NCBI GenBank assembly: GCA_003153015.1
Contig: PMBS01000254.1
Location: 9,568-73,567, forward strand
From: Myxococcales bacterium
GTDB lineage: Bacteria > Myxococcota_A > Polyangia > Fen-1088
Length of the DNA: 64,000 nucleotides
Direction: 5' to 3'
Made by a program: the position numbers and the translations under genes
The notes under the pieces: generated by a model
What the model was told of the DNA's origin: nothing
What the model saw: the letters and a program-made list of their open reading frames with translations, nothing else
Databases searched by the model: none
Part shown: positions 45,901 to 54,712 of the stretch, piece after piece
Position numbering within the stretch: position 1 is the first letter of the stretch
How the letters are laid out: each line of letters starts with the position of its first letter

Positions 45901-46467
45901 AGTGGCGCGTCGGATGTCAATGGCATAGCGTTTGATAGCAGCGGCAATGTCGTCATCGGGGGAGCCCTCGGTGCCACCATCGCCATGCCCAAAGCCGACG
46001 CCACCTTGATCACGGTTACCGACCTGGGCAAGACCGACGGCTTCGTGGCCAAGCTGAACCCCAACCTGTCTGCGCAGTGGGCGATGTCGTTCGGCGACGC
46101 CAGCTACGCCCAGGCGGTCAAGTCGTTGGCCCTATCGTCGAGCGGCGACGTATTCATCGGTGGGAATTTCGAGGGCACGCTCAACGGGCTGAACGGCCTG
46201 GTTTCAAACGGCAATGCCACGCTCGACGCGTTCAGCGCCGAGCTCTCTGGAACTGACGGCTCGGTGCTGTGCGCGCAAGAGTATGGCGATACTCAAGGGA
46301 CGCAATCGGTCAACTTCGTCACCGTGGCGAATGCCGCGACCGGGTCCTTGGCCAACAACGTGGTGTACGGTGGCAGCTACTCGAACACGATCACCTTCGG
46401 GACGTTCACCCTCAACACGGGAAGCGCCGGTACGGGCTGGAACTTCCTCGCTCGCCTGATTCCGTAG
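42949..46467 (+). CDS. giant lipoprotein: PKD/Ig-like repeats + Cys-rich module + SBBP beta-propeller repeats
   Basis: RBS AAGGAGGA; lipobox GMVSC; N-terminal repeats like those in 35979/36812/55295; Cys-rich module like 27152; C-terminal ~430 aa near-duplicate of the 31299 gene. Confidence 0.7.
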   Translation: MATKRMTWMAAALGAVALSGMVSCNGKGGKEAGAAAVGVSGQALTLGDVKSVSVTVTGGIANPLTVPLVGNSNVPPTQYSALISDLPIGCNYVFTATATNTAGATIYQGVASGQCITKNQTANIIIDMNDTTTHVTVDDEAPFIDSITDTAACVAVGDTVTIKATAHDSDPGDTAGMTFVWSVPSCGTLSTPVNTVGTDTTPGTSTVVFTAVTNNVNCQVNLVVKDARMPTTLQTTAVVAISIGDACAYGNAKITAIPDTCPAITGLTSSASPLVTGVPTTLTVTASDSDGDALSYHWTSDCNPTNGLGHFLGANPASATGNPVQFVYDSALSGPDCIFTVTVDDGTWTSGQLQGQTKCSVITHMSLPAQSTGYHQADACTFGYDYMSTNTVGDGDQVTIEIAAPCSNPVWSAGTPIPAGNLTAPFTTGVTFIAPTGAGANGATVTVTCPDCGGGTLHTFTMIGVNSFCTQPGVSEGADCTLTAQLSDKCILTAACHAGQCQQTSYHAPCGPSGVACQDYVCQKTTGQCANQPSADGTDCTDGLACDGTADKCAGGACHPTGTPVSCPATGNPCMVNACTEPNGSCVAAAAPSGTACDDGNACTGTVVTAPSGTTPGTSADFCNANGVCVGSGATVACPSGDVCTAVSGSDTQYTCPVKVCMGPANAVSVSTPLMFGMGVAPDATLWTTGSFANFSTNPINFGAGPVYSSGGSDVYLNKVSATGLTASQTFTFGYQGGGDQVGTGVAVASTNNVGLIGNYYTEVDFDPIRSGDPAYNGGGGPIDNFDFLAKSSLVQAAAMNFVLVASGASTMPEITPLKAHNIDVGTGAIVAVASNPSQNKIAICGKSMRLVGAYNAATTNTGLLTAGNYGTGGSGTTAAVAGGSMDIVVAVIDASNDPNNVGKVLWGRQFGGAGDQACESVAMDSAGNVAIAGNYNGVLNFHPTNTALQLTKSGGSTSGALALPFVAVLDPNGTPVQAMDWGTSGASDVNGIAFDSSGNVVIGGALGATIAMPKADATLITVTDLGKTDGFVAKLNPNLSAQWAMSFGDASYAQAVKSLALSSSGDVFIGGNFEGTLNGLNGLVSNGNATLDAFSAELSGTDGSVLCAQEYGDTQGTQSVNFVTVANAATGSLANNVVYGGSYSNTITFGTFTLNTGSAGTGWNFLARLIP

Positions 46468-46507
46468 TGGGTAGATTGGAAGGTTAGCCGGGAAAGGCCG
46501 GCTGGTT

Positions 46508-46540
46508 GAAGGGGCGTCCAGAAATGGGCGCCCCTTTTTC
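46508..46540 (+). terminator. rho-independent terminator (GAAGGGGCG..loop..CGCCCCTTTTTC)
   Basis: GC stem followed by T5 immediately after the 42949..46467 gene. Confidence 0.7.
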
Positions 46541-46780
46541 TATATGCGGGCACAAGCGCAAGGACTCGGTGTCCAAAGAGGGGGGCGGCGAAACGCCGGG
46601 GCGCGTGGTCAGCAGGGACAGACCGGGACGACTCCTCGACGGAAAAGCGACTCGACAGGAATTGTCACGCAACGGAATAGTGACGGAAAAGCGACAAGAG
46701 CGCGCACATAACCATTTCTGTTGACCCCACGATTTGCCGATTGCTATAGGCACTCCATCCTCGAACCACGCGGAGGCCCG

Positions 46781-48046
46781 ATGAATCGCCCGAAAAGCTC
46801 TCGTATTGTCGGATTCTGCGTACTTGCCGCCCTGGCCGGCTCGTCTCGCTTGGCCCGGGCTCAGGGTGTTGACTGTCCGACTACGGCGGATACAGTCTAC
46901 ATGGCCGGCACGACCGCGGTCATCCCGGTCATCCGCCTCATGGGTGCAAGGCTGAAAAAGGTCGGCGTAACCCTGCTCTGGAACGAGAACAGCGAGGGTT
47001 GCGGCTCGGTCTACACGCTTACGAGGGCGACGAGTGCAGGTCAAAGGAGCGTGTTCACGCAGTACACCGAGGACCCCAATCAACCGGGCAAGGTCTATCC
47101 CACCAACTGCAACGGAGCTCTTGGCAAGATGCCGGATCTCGTGATCAACGACGTCGCGTGGACGAGTTGTGCGGCAGCGTACTCCGCCAATCCGTCGGCA
47201 CCTCCCCCTCCGCTACCAACGGGTTTCGCCGAGTTCCCGGGGCCGGTGCAGGGATTGGTGCCCATCGTCGCCATGGGCTTCATCCAATACAACGACATCA
47301 CGGTTGAGGAGCTGGCGGACCTGTACATCTGCCTTTCCAAGGGAAACATCCTGACTTTCACGTCCGACCAATTCATCTATGACTACAATTCCGTGACTAG
47401 TGGGATGCGCGAGTTGTTCGCCCGGGGGCTCGGGTTGCCCAATGCTTCTCCGTTGGTGACGGGCGCCGGCAGCACAATTAGCGCTGAGTCCATGGTGACG
47501 GGCTGCGTTTCGCCCGCGACCTCACCGGACCAAACCATCGGCTACACATCGACGGAGTACTACGACCAGTACCGCGATCGGGTGCGCGCGCTCAAGGTGC
47601 GCGGGGTGAATCAGAAACTCGCCTACTGGCCCGACTCGGACATGGCTGCGACCGACAAGCTCAACATCCGCGAGGGCCGCTATACCCTGCAAGGCCCGCT
47701 CCGATTGGTGGCTGCGGTGGACAGCAAAGGTGTGCCGACCCCCGAGGTGGCAAAACATGTCATCGATTGGTTCCAGGGAAATCCCGTGGATCCAGCCCTG
47801 CAGCTTCCCTTCGACATCAACGAGATCTACGCGCAACGAGGCGTGGTTCCCCAGTGCGCGATGAAGGTGAAAACAGAGGCGGACAAGCCGGTGTTCAGCC
47901 ACTATAGCCCGCTCCAGCCCTGTCATTGCAGCTTCCAGTTCTTGGCCACCGGCAAGACGAGTTGCGCGGCCTGCACGGGCACGGATGCATCGGCTTGCCC
48001 GGACAAGCAAGTGTGCAGCCACGGATACTGCGAGCCAGTCCAGTAG
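46781..48046 (+). CDS. divergent PstS-like substrate-binding protein with Cys-rich C-terminal extension (paralog of 24382..25665)
   Basis: Signal peptide (IVGFCVLAALAGSSRLARAQG); shared motifs VYMAGT, QCAMKVK, C-terminal CHCSF..CAACTGTDASAC..CSHGYC. Confidence 0.6.
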   Translation: MNRPKSSRIVGFCVLAALAGSSRLARAQGVDCPTTADTVYMAGTTAVIPVIRLMGARLKKVGVTLLWNENSEGCGSVYTLTRATSAGQRSVFTQYTEDPNQPGKVYPTNCNGALGKMPDLVINDVAWTSCAAAYSANPSAPPPPLPTGFAEFPGPVQGLVPIVAMGFIQYNDITVEELADLYICLSKGNILTFTSDQFIYDYNSVTSGMRELFARGLGLPNASPLVTGAGSTISAESMVTGCVSPATSPDQTIGYTSTEYYDQYRDRVRALKVRGVNQKLAYWPDSDMAATDKLNIREGRYTLQGPLRLVAAVDSKGVPTPEVAKHVIDWFQGNPVDPALQLPFDINEIYAQRGVVPQCAMKVKTEADKPVFSHYSPLQPCHCSFQFLATGKTSCAACTGTDASACPDKQVCSHGYCEPVQ

Positions 48047-48072
48047 GCATGCACGATCAAGAGGAGAAACAG

Positions 48073-48336
48073 ATGCGCGGACAACTGCTACGGGGCCTGT
48101 TCATGGGCCTCTTTCTGGCCGGGTGTGGTTCGGGAAACCCCGGACCCCAGGTGGATGGGCCACCACCACCACCACCACCGGACGCGCCGTCCGTGATTCT
48201 CGACAACCCTGACGCCGGTTGCGACGAGGACGCAGTGGGCGAGGACTACTTCATCAAGAATTGTACTCCGGGCGGAGGCGGGACACAGGTGTTGCGCCAG
48301 AATCCGGTTCCCTACCAGACCTGCAAGACGCTTTGA
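48073..48336 (+). CDS. small lipoprotein (Pro-rich)
   Basis: RBS GAGGAG; lipobox FLAGC; its stop overlaps the porin start (TGATG). Confidence 0.55.
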   Translation: MRGQLLRGLFMGLFLAGCGSGNPGPQVDGPPPPPPPDAPSVILDNPDAGCDEDAVGEDYFIKNCTPGGGGTQVLRQNPVPYQTCKTL

Positions 48337-49919
48337 TGGGCATGTTGTTCATGAAGTTGGGGCAGGACTCTTGCCCGCGGAAATGCCTAGGTACCGCGGT
48401 CTTCCTGGTGGGCCTGGCCGTCACAAGCTGGGCAAGCCCGGTTTCCGCGCAGGTTGGTGCAAGGAAGCCGAAAGAGCCCGCGCCTGATCCGATGGCCGAG
48501 ATAGAGAAGGTCAAGGCGGAATTCGAGCAACGCCTTGCCGACGGGGAGGCTGCGGCCAAGGCGCGCGAGGAAGCCATCCGCAAGGAACAGGCGGCTGCGG
48601 TCGAGGCCGCACGGGATGAGGCGGACAAGCGCGTGACCGCGGATCGCAACGAGCGCCAGGCCGAAGTCCTGCGCCTGCAAAAGGCACTGGATGAGGCGGC
48701 CGCGCGCGAGGATGCGCGCGAGCGCAACGCGCCGCCTGCGGTGAAGGCGGGCATGGCCGGTGTATCGCTCTACAGCTATGTGCAGGCCGACTATCAAGTG
48801 CGCCAATCGTCTGAGGATCAGCTTGACCCCGGAAGTGGCCAGCCGCTCAACCAGGACCGGTTTTTCATCCGGCGTGCCCGCCTGGGTGTGACCCTGGATC
48901 GGCGATTCGGCGAGGGTCGGCTGGAGATCGACGGCAACACGGTCAACGGACCTCAGTTGCGGCTGTTCGACGTGGAAGCCTCGGCGAAATGGCCAGGCCG
49001 GGGCGATGGCGCCCCGCCCGTGGCCATGGGAACCATTGGATTGTTCAGGATTCCGTTCGGGCGCGAGGTGCCGCAAGATGACCGCCGGCGCTTCTTCATG
49101 GAACGCAGCACGGCGGCCCGAGCACTGTTCCCGGGCGAGGCCGACCTGGGCGCCAGGGTGGGTGGTGGGTGGCGCTTTGTCCGGTATGTCCTGGCGGTGA
49201 TGAACGGTCAGCCACTGGGCAGCAGCGCGTTTGCCGGGCTGGATCCCAATCATCAGAAAGATCTGGTTGGGCGTCTGGGGGTCGAGGACTCGCGGGGTCG
49301 GATCGATTTTGCGGGCGGGGTATCCGGGCTGCGCGGCACGGGATTCCACCCGGGAACGACCGCGACCAAACCGACGCTGCAATGGAATGATTCGAACGAC
49401 GACGGTATCGTCAACGTTGGCGCAGGGGAGGTGAACGGAGTTCCCGGCGTGGCAGCGGGGACGTCGTCCAACTACACCCGTTTCGCATTCGGGGCGGATC
49501 TGGCCCTGTCGCTGCGTTTGCCGCACCAACTGAAGACGAGTCTGGAGGCGGAGTTCTTTCTGGCCAACGATCTGGATCGCGGAGTGTCTCCCGCCGATCC
49601 ACAGGGAACCTTGGGCCGAAGCATGCGCGAGCTCGGCTACTACCTGGCCTTGATCCAGGAATTCGGGCGCTGGCGGCTGGGTGTCCGATACGACTACTAC
49701 AACCCTGATCAAGACTCGAACAAGATAGCCAAGGGCAACCCTGTCCCCACCGACGTGACCTACTCCACTTTGGCCGTGGCCGCGGCCTGCGTGGCGCCCT
49801 GGGGCAGGTTGATTGTCGAGTACGACCGCAACCAGAACCATCTGGGCATCAACACATCAGGCATGCCTGCCAATCTGGGCGACAACGCCCTGCTCATTCG
49901 TGGCGAGGTGAGTTTCTGA
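48336..49919 (+). CDS. outer-membrane beta-barrel porin-like protein with N-terminal coiled-coil (possibly phosphate-selective porin O/P family)
   Basis: Signal peptide; coiled-coil region; beta-strand-rich body ending IRGEVSF; paralog of 22374..24056 (shared FVQADLNVRQTSEDQL / YVQADYQVRQSSEDQL). Confidence 0.6.
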   Translation: MGMLFMKLGQDSCPRKCLGTAVFLVGLAVTSWASPVSAQVGARKPKEPAPDPMAEIEKVKAEFEQRLADGEAAAKAREEAIRKEQAAAVEAARDEADKRVTADRNERQAEVLRLQKALDEAAAREDARERNAPPAVKAGMAGVSLYSYVQADYQVRQSSEDQLDPGSGQPLNQDRFFIRRARLGVTLDRRFGEGRLEIDGNTVNGPQLRLFDVEASAKWPGRGDGAPPVAMGTIGLFRIPFGREVPQDDRRRFFMERSTAARALFPGEADLGARVGGGWRFVRYVLAVMNGQPLGSSAFAGLDPNHQKDLVGRLGVEDSRGRIDFAGGVSGLRGTGFHPGTTATKPTLQWNDSNDDGIVNVGAGEVNGVPGVAAGTSSNYTRFAFGADLALSLRLPHQLKTSLEAEFFLANDLDRGVSPADPQGTLGRSMRELGYYLALIQEFGRWRLGVRYDYYNPDQDSNKIAKGNPVPTDVTYSTLAVAAACVAPWGRLIVEYDRNQNHLGINTSGMPANLGDNALLIRGEVSF

Positions 49920-50860
49920 TGAGGAGCGTAATCAGCGGTCTGCTGGCGGTCTGGTCTCTGTGCGCTTTGTCGGCACCCGCTTGTCAGTGGTCTTCGGACT
50001 CGTTTTCGGGTTTGACCTCGGTGATACGGGTGCAAGGCGGCCAGGCGATGCGTGGTTCCATTGCAGGGCCAACCGATACCATCTCGGCCCAAGCGACTCT
50101 GTCACCCCGGGACTACACGATCTTTCCCGGTGAGAGCAACAAGTCGATCAAGGGGACGGTTGAGGCTGACGCCCACGCGGTTGCGCTGGGCGTGGCCGGG
50201 GACGATGCCTATTGGCTGGTGCCAGCCCTGAGCCCGGACAATCCATTGGATCCGCAGTACTTCAACTTCACCGCCAGCCTCTCGTTGTCGCCCGCGCTGG
50301 CAAGTAGCCCGCTGCTGCAGGACAACCAAGATGGCACGTGGACGCTTCCCCTGTCCTATCGTGCGGTTGACGATGCGGGGAACTTCGGGTCGGCGAGGGT
50401 TCAGCCGCTGATTATGGACGCGCTGGGGCCCAAGGGCGCATTGGTCGTGTCTCTCGACTGGGACGCGCCAGTCGATCTGGATCTGCACGTGCAGACCCCG
50501 ATCCCCGCCAATAATAGGGCGGGTTTCGTCATTGTCTGGGCCAAGCAGCGCAGCGCGGAACCCAACCTCCCGGATGGCGGCGTGGATGGCAACCTGGATT
50601 TCGATTCCAACGAGGATTGCCAGATCGATGGGCGCGATCGCGAGAACGTGGTGTGGACAGGGCAGCCGCCCTCCGGCCACTACATCGTGCGGGTGGATGC
50701 CTTTTCATTGTGCGGGCAGGTGTCGGCCGCCTGGCACGCCCTTGCCTACTCCCCGCAGGGAACCGTGGGCGAGGCCTCGGGCGTGCTCACCGATGCCTCC
50801 ACCCGCGAGGCTCCGACCGCGGGCGCCGGCCTGACCGCCTTCGAGTTCGACTACCCGTAG
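49919..50860 (+). CDS. lipoprotein of unknown function (paralog of 21454..22374)
   Basis: ATG overlaps the porin TGA; signal peptide. Confidence 0.6.
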   Translation: MRSVISGLLAVWSLCALSAPACQWSSDSFSGLTSVIRVQGGQAMRGSIAGPTDTISAQATLSPRDYTIFPGESNKSIKGTVEADAHAVALGVAGDDAYWLVPALSPDNPLDPQYFNFTASLSLSPALASSPLLQDNQDGTWTLPLSYRAVDDAGNFGSARVQPLIMDALGPKGALVVSLDWDAPVDLDLHVQTPIPANNRAGFVIVWAKQRSAEPNLPDGGVDGNLDFDSNEDCQIDGRDRENVVWTGQPPSGHYIVRVDAFSLCGQVSAAWHALAYSPQGTVGEASGVLTDASTREAPTAGAGLTAFEFDYP

Positions 50861-50871
50861 GTTCCGCAAGC

Positions 50872-53535
50872 ATGCGTCTTCTCGCAGTTGCCGCCACCTG
50901 GTTTCTTGCGGCAGGGATTTCCCTGGCAGCGCGGGGCGAGTCTCCGCCGGGCGAGGCGGGGGAGCCCGGCAAGGGCTTGCATCCGCCCAAGCTGCTGAAG
51001 TTCGTCGAAGCGGTCTACCCTGAAGACAAGCGCGCCGTCGGCGCAGGCGCCAAGGTGGTGCTGTCCATCGAGGTGGAGGACAGCGGACGGGTGGGAAACG
51101 TGGAGGTGGTGGTACCCGCCGGTCCCGATTTCGACGCGGCGGCAGTGGCCGCGGCCCGGCAGTTCGAGTTCGAGCCCGCCACGCTGGACGGAACGCCGGT
51201 GCCGGTGAAAATCCAGTACGCGTACAAGTTCGTGGTCAAGGAAGTGCTGGTGCCGGTAGGCCTGCAGGTCAACCTGGAAGGCGTGGTCCTGGATCGGTTC
51301 AGCAAGGCTCCCTCACGCGGGGTGAAGGTCAGAATCGTGGATTTGGGGGTCGACGCGTCCACCGACCAGGATGGTGCTTTTGCCTTCACCGACGTGCCAC
51401 CGGGCCCGCACGTGATCGAGCTGTCATCGCGCGAGCTGGTGACCATCAAGACAGAAGAGGTCATCACCAAAGGCAAGAAGAAGTCGGTCAAGTACATGGT
51501 CGAGGCCAAAGAAGCCGACGTGGACGAAGAAGCAGTGGTACGCGCGCCGCGTATCAAGAAGGAAGTGGTTGAGACACGGGTGCGCACCGAAGAGGCCAAG
51601 CGCGTCCCCGGCACCCAGGGCGACACGCTCAAGGTGGTGCAGAATTTGCCCGGCGTGGGCCGCTCGGCCTTCGGCTCGGGTGCACTCATCGTGTGGGGAT
51701 CGGCACCGCAGGACACGCGAGTCAACGTCGACGGGGTGGAGATTCCGGTGCTGTACCACGTGGGCGGCATGCGTTCGACCATCAACGCGGATCTAGTGCG
51801 TTCCATCGACCTGTCGCCCGGCTCGTTCGGGGCCGACTACGGCCGTGGCCTGGGCGGGTTGGTGCGCATCGACCTGCTGGACCCCGGGCACGAGGGCGTG
51901 CACGGCTACCTGGCCGCGGATGTGATGGACGTCTCCGGCATGGTCAGGGCCGCCATCACGCCCAATCTTCGGGTGGCCGTGTCTGGCCGCCAGGGCTATC
52001 TCGACCAAACCCTCAAGGCGGCGGTGTCCAAGGACGTGGGCGATTTCTTCCCCATTCCTCGCTACGACGACTATCAAGCGCGGGTCTCGGCCACCCTGGG
52101 CAAGGACGAGGAACTCTCCGCGACCTTCCTGGCTTCCGACGATCACCTGACCCGTACCGTTCCTTCATCGGATCCATTGGAATACAAGAAACAGGACCAG
52201 AATCTGCTCTACCGGCGCTTCATGGTGCGCTACACGCGCCTGTTTGCGGACGGTTCCAGCATTGCCGTCACGCCATCCTTGGGCTACGACCAGAACCAGC
52301 AGCAGTGGAGTTTCGGCGGCACCCCCCTCCTGCTCGACACCACCACCTGGCAGTACGCGCTGCGCGCCTCGTACCGACGGCGGGTCACGGGCAAGATCAT
52401 TCTTTCCACGGGCCTGGATTTCCAGGGGCGCAGCAGCACCTCTGACCGGGTTGGGTCCCTGGAGTTGCCGGCCCGCGAGGGTGACGTCACCGTCTTCGGC
52501 CAGTCGCCGGGGACCGATCTTGCGTCCGATCGCTGGAAGGTCAATCTGCTGTCAGCCGCGGCCTACGTCTTCGCGGAGATCAATATCGGCCGCCTGACTC
52601 TGACCCCGGGATTCCGGTTCGAGCCCACGGTGATCGATGGTAGCCTGCGGCTGCCCCACAGCTATCAGGCGCCGGACATCGGGTACCGGCGAATGGATCT
52701 AGCCCGGAATCCTTCATTCGGACCACTGAGCTGGATGCCCAATCCAAGACTGTCGGCTGCCTACCGGGCCACCCACAAGCTGACCTTCACGGCAGGCGCC
52801 GGCATCTACGGCCAGCCACCTACGGTCGAGGATCTGAGTCCGGTCTTCGGCAATCCGAATCTGTCAAGCTCGTCCGCGATTCACGCCAGTGGAGGCGGTT
52901 CTTACAAGCTGACGGGAACCCTGGTCTTCGAGGTCGTGGGATTCTACAAGCGTCTTTACGACCTGGTGGCGCGCAGCGGATTGCCGTCGCCGCCAGTGGG
53001 CCAGTCCCTGCAGCAGACTGGCATCGGCCACAGCTATGGCGGGCAGGCGCTATTGCGGCAGGAGCTGGCCAAGGGGTTCTTCGGCTGGTTCACCTATTCG
53101 CTCATCCGCAGCGAGCGCAAGGATCGACCGACGAGCAACTGGCGCCTGTTTGACTACGACCAGACCCATGTACTCGCGCTGCTGGCCAGCTACGAGATCA
53201 CCCGCGGTTTTCTGGCCGGCGCGCGCTTTCGCTACACCACGGGCGCGCCGCGAACGCTGGTCGTAGGAGCCTACTTCAATGCTACGTCTCAGCAGTACGA
53301 GCCCATCTTCGGGGCGCAGAACTCGATTCGCCTTCCCGGATTCTACTCGCTCGACGTTCGGCTGGAGAAGGCCTTCGTGCTTCGGCGTCTCAAGTTCAAC
53401 GTCTTCGCCGACGTGCAGAATGTGACCAATCGGAAGAACCCCGAGGAAATCATCTACAGTGCCGACTACAGCCAGCGCAGCTACATCACGGGGTTGCCGG
53501 TTCTGGCGGTGGTTGGCATGCGAATGGAGTTCTGA
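50872..53535 (+). CDS. TonB-dependent receptor-like outer-membrane protein with N-terminal TonB-C-like domain (paralog of 16850..19501)
   Basis: Signal peptide; TonB_C-like region; plug motif GTQGDTLKVVQNLPGVGR identical to paralog; C-terminal F. Confidence 0.8.
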   Translation: MRLLAVAATWFLAAGISLAARGESPPGEAGEPGKGLHPPKLLKFVEAVYPEDKRAVGAGAKVVLSIEVEDSGRVGNVEVVVPAGPDFDAAAVAAARQFEFEPATLDGTPVPVKIQYAYKFVVKEVLVPVGLQVNLEGVVLDRFSKAPSRGVKVRIVDLGVDASTDQDGAFAFTDVPPGPHVIELSSRELVTIKTEEVITKGKKKSVKYMVEAKEADVDEEAVVRAPRIKKEVVETRVRTEEAKRVPGTQGDTLKVVQNLPGVGRSAFGSGALIVWGSAPQDTRVNVDGVEIPVLYHVGGMRSTINADLVRSIDLSPGSFGADYGRGLGGLVRIDLLDPGHEGVHGYLAADVMDVSGMVRAAITPNLRVAVSGRQGYLDQTLKAAVSKDVGDFFPIPRYDDYQARVSATLGKDEELSATFLASDDHLTRTVPSSDPLEYKKQDQNLLYRRFMVRYTRLFADGSSIAVTPSLGYDQNQQQWSFGGTPLLLDTTTWQYALRASYRRRVTGKIILSTGLDFQGRSSTSDRVGSLELPAREGDVTVFGQSPGTDLASDRWKVNLLSAAAYVFAEINIGRLTLTPGFRFEPTVIDGSLRLPHSYQAPDIGYRRMDLARNPSFGPLSWMPNPRLSAAYRATHKLTFTAGAGIYGQPPTVEDLSPVFGNPNLSSSSAIHASGGGSYKLTGTLVFEVVGFYKRLYDLVARSGLPSPPVGQSLQQTGIGHSYGGQALLRQELAKGFFGWFTYSLIRSERKDRPTSNWRLFDYDQTHVLALLASYEITRGFLAGARFRYTTGAPRTLVVGAYFNATSQQYEPIFGAQNSIRLPGFYSLDVRLEKAFVLRRLKFNVFADVQNVTNRKNPEEIIYSADYSQRSYITGLPVLAVVGMRMEF

Positions 53536-54557
53536 TGAAACGGGCAAACATCGGAGCCATGGTTCTGTTGGTTCTGCTTGCTGCCTGCAAGCCGCAGGTG
53601 GGGCCGCCCATTTCTCTGATCAGCGGGCCCGCGATCCTGGCTGTGAAAGGCGAGCCTGCTGAGGTCGATCCCAAGGCCGCGGATCCGACCGTCCACTACG
53701 AGGCGTTGGCCGTGGACATGGGCGGTCGCGTCCCCGCGCCCAACGCTGACATAACCTCACCTCTGCTCTGGTCCATCTGCAACAGGCCCAAGCCACCGAC
53801 CGAGAGCAACTCGGTGAGTGCCGCCTGCCTGGACGAAAATGCCTTGCCCGGCACAGCCGGGGACTCGCCCGATACCTACTCTGCACCCGCCCCGTTAGAC
53901 TCGTGCACCCTGTTTGGTCCGCAGATACCGCAATCCCCAGAGGGCCAGCCACCCATCCGGCCGCGGGATCCCGACGTCACCGGTGGGTACTACTTGCCGG
54001 TGCGGGTGAGTCTGTCAGTTCCGGAGGAATTGCGTCGCGCGGGGATGGCCACCGAAGATTCCGTGATCGGCTTCCAGCTACAGCGCATCTACTGCGGCCT
54101 AGCCAATGCGCCGGGCCAGTATGTATACCAGTACGGCAAGGACTACACGCCCAACCAAAACCCGGTGATTGCCTCGCTAACCCTGCAGCAGCCCGGTGCT
54201 GATCCGGTCGAGGTTCCTCCGATTTCGGCCGGAGGCGCGGCGTTCCCGGTTGCGGCTGGGCAGACGGTCTCGTTGACGGTTAGCTGGCCTGCCGAGTCGG
54301 TGGAAAACTACCCCGCCTGGGATGTACTCACTCGCACACTTCCCAATCACTACGAAGCCATGCGGGTTTCTTGGTACGCGACGGCGGGGTCATTTGAACA
54401 CGACATCACCGGGCGCAGCGAATCAGAATTTGAAACCCTCTTCGCCGAGAATACTTGGACGCCCGGCGCTCCGGGGCCGGTTCACCTGTGGGTGGTGCTA
54501 CACGACAGCCGTGGCGGAACGGATTTCGCCGGCTACGATCTCGACGTCACGCCCTGA
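53535..54557 (+). CDS. lipoprotein of unknown function (paralog of 15902..16849)
   Basis: ATG overlaps the receptor TGA; lipobox LLAAC. Confidence 0.65.
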   Translation: MKRANIGAMVLLVLLAACKPQVGPPISLISGPAILAVKGEPAEVDPKAADPTVHYEALAVDMGGRVPAPNADITSPLLWSICNRPKPPTESNSVSAACLDENALPGTAGDSPDTYSAPAPLDSCTLFGPQIPQSPEGQPPIRPRDPDVTGGYYLPVRVSLSVPEELRRAGMATEDSVIGFQLQRIYCGLANAPGQYVYQYGKDYTPNQNPVIASLTLQQPGADPVEVPPISAGGAAFPVAAGQTVSLTVSWPAESVENYPAWDVLTRTLPNHYEAMRVSWYATAGSFEHDITGRSESEFETLFAENTWTPGAPGPVHLWVVLHDSRGGTDFAGYDLDVTP

Positions 54558-54712
54558 GGTCGTCGATCGCCGCGGACGGGATTTGCTAGACCCTGCCAAG
54601 TGAACGAATTGTGACAACTCAGGGCCTGAAGGCGTAACACAAGCGTAACAGACGCGAACCGCTAAACAGGGATTATCCACGCGCGGCACAGGAGAATGCC
54701 GGCCTGAGACTC

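Noticed and set aside
48387-49841. 484-aa minus-strand ORF
   Set aside because: Antisense to the cassette-B porin-like gene, which is paralogous to the cassette-A porin.
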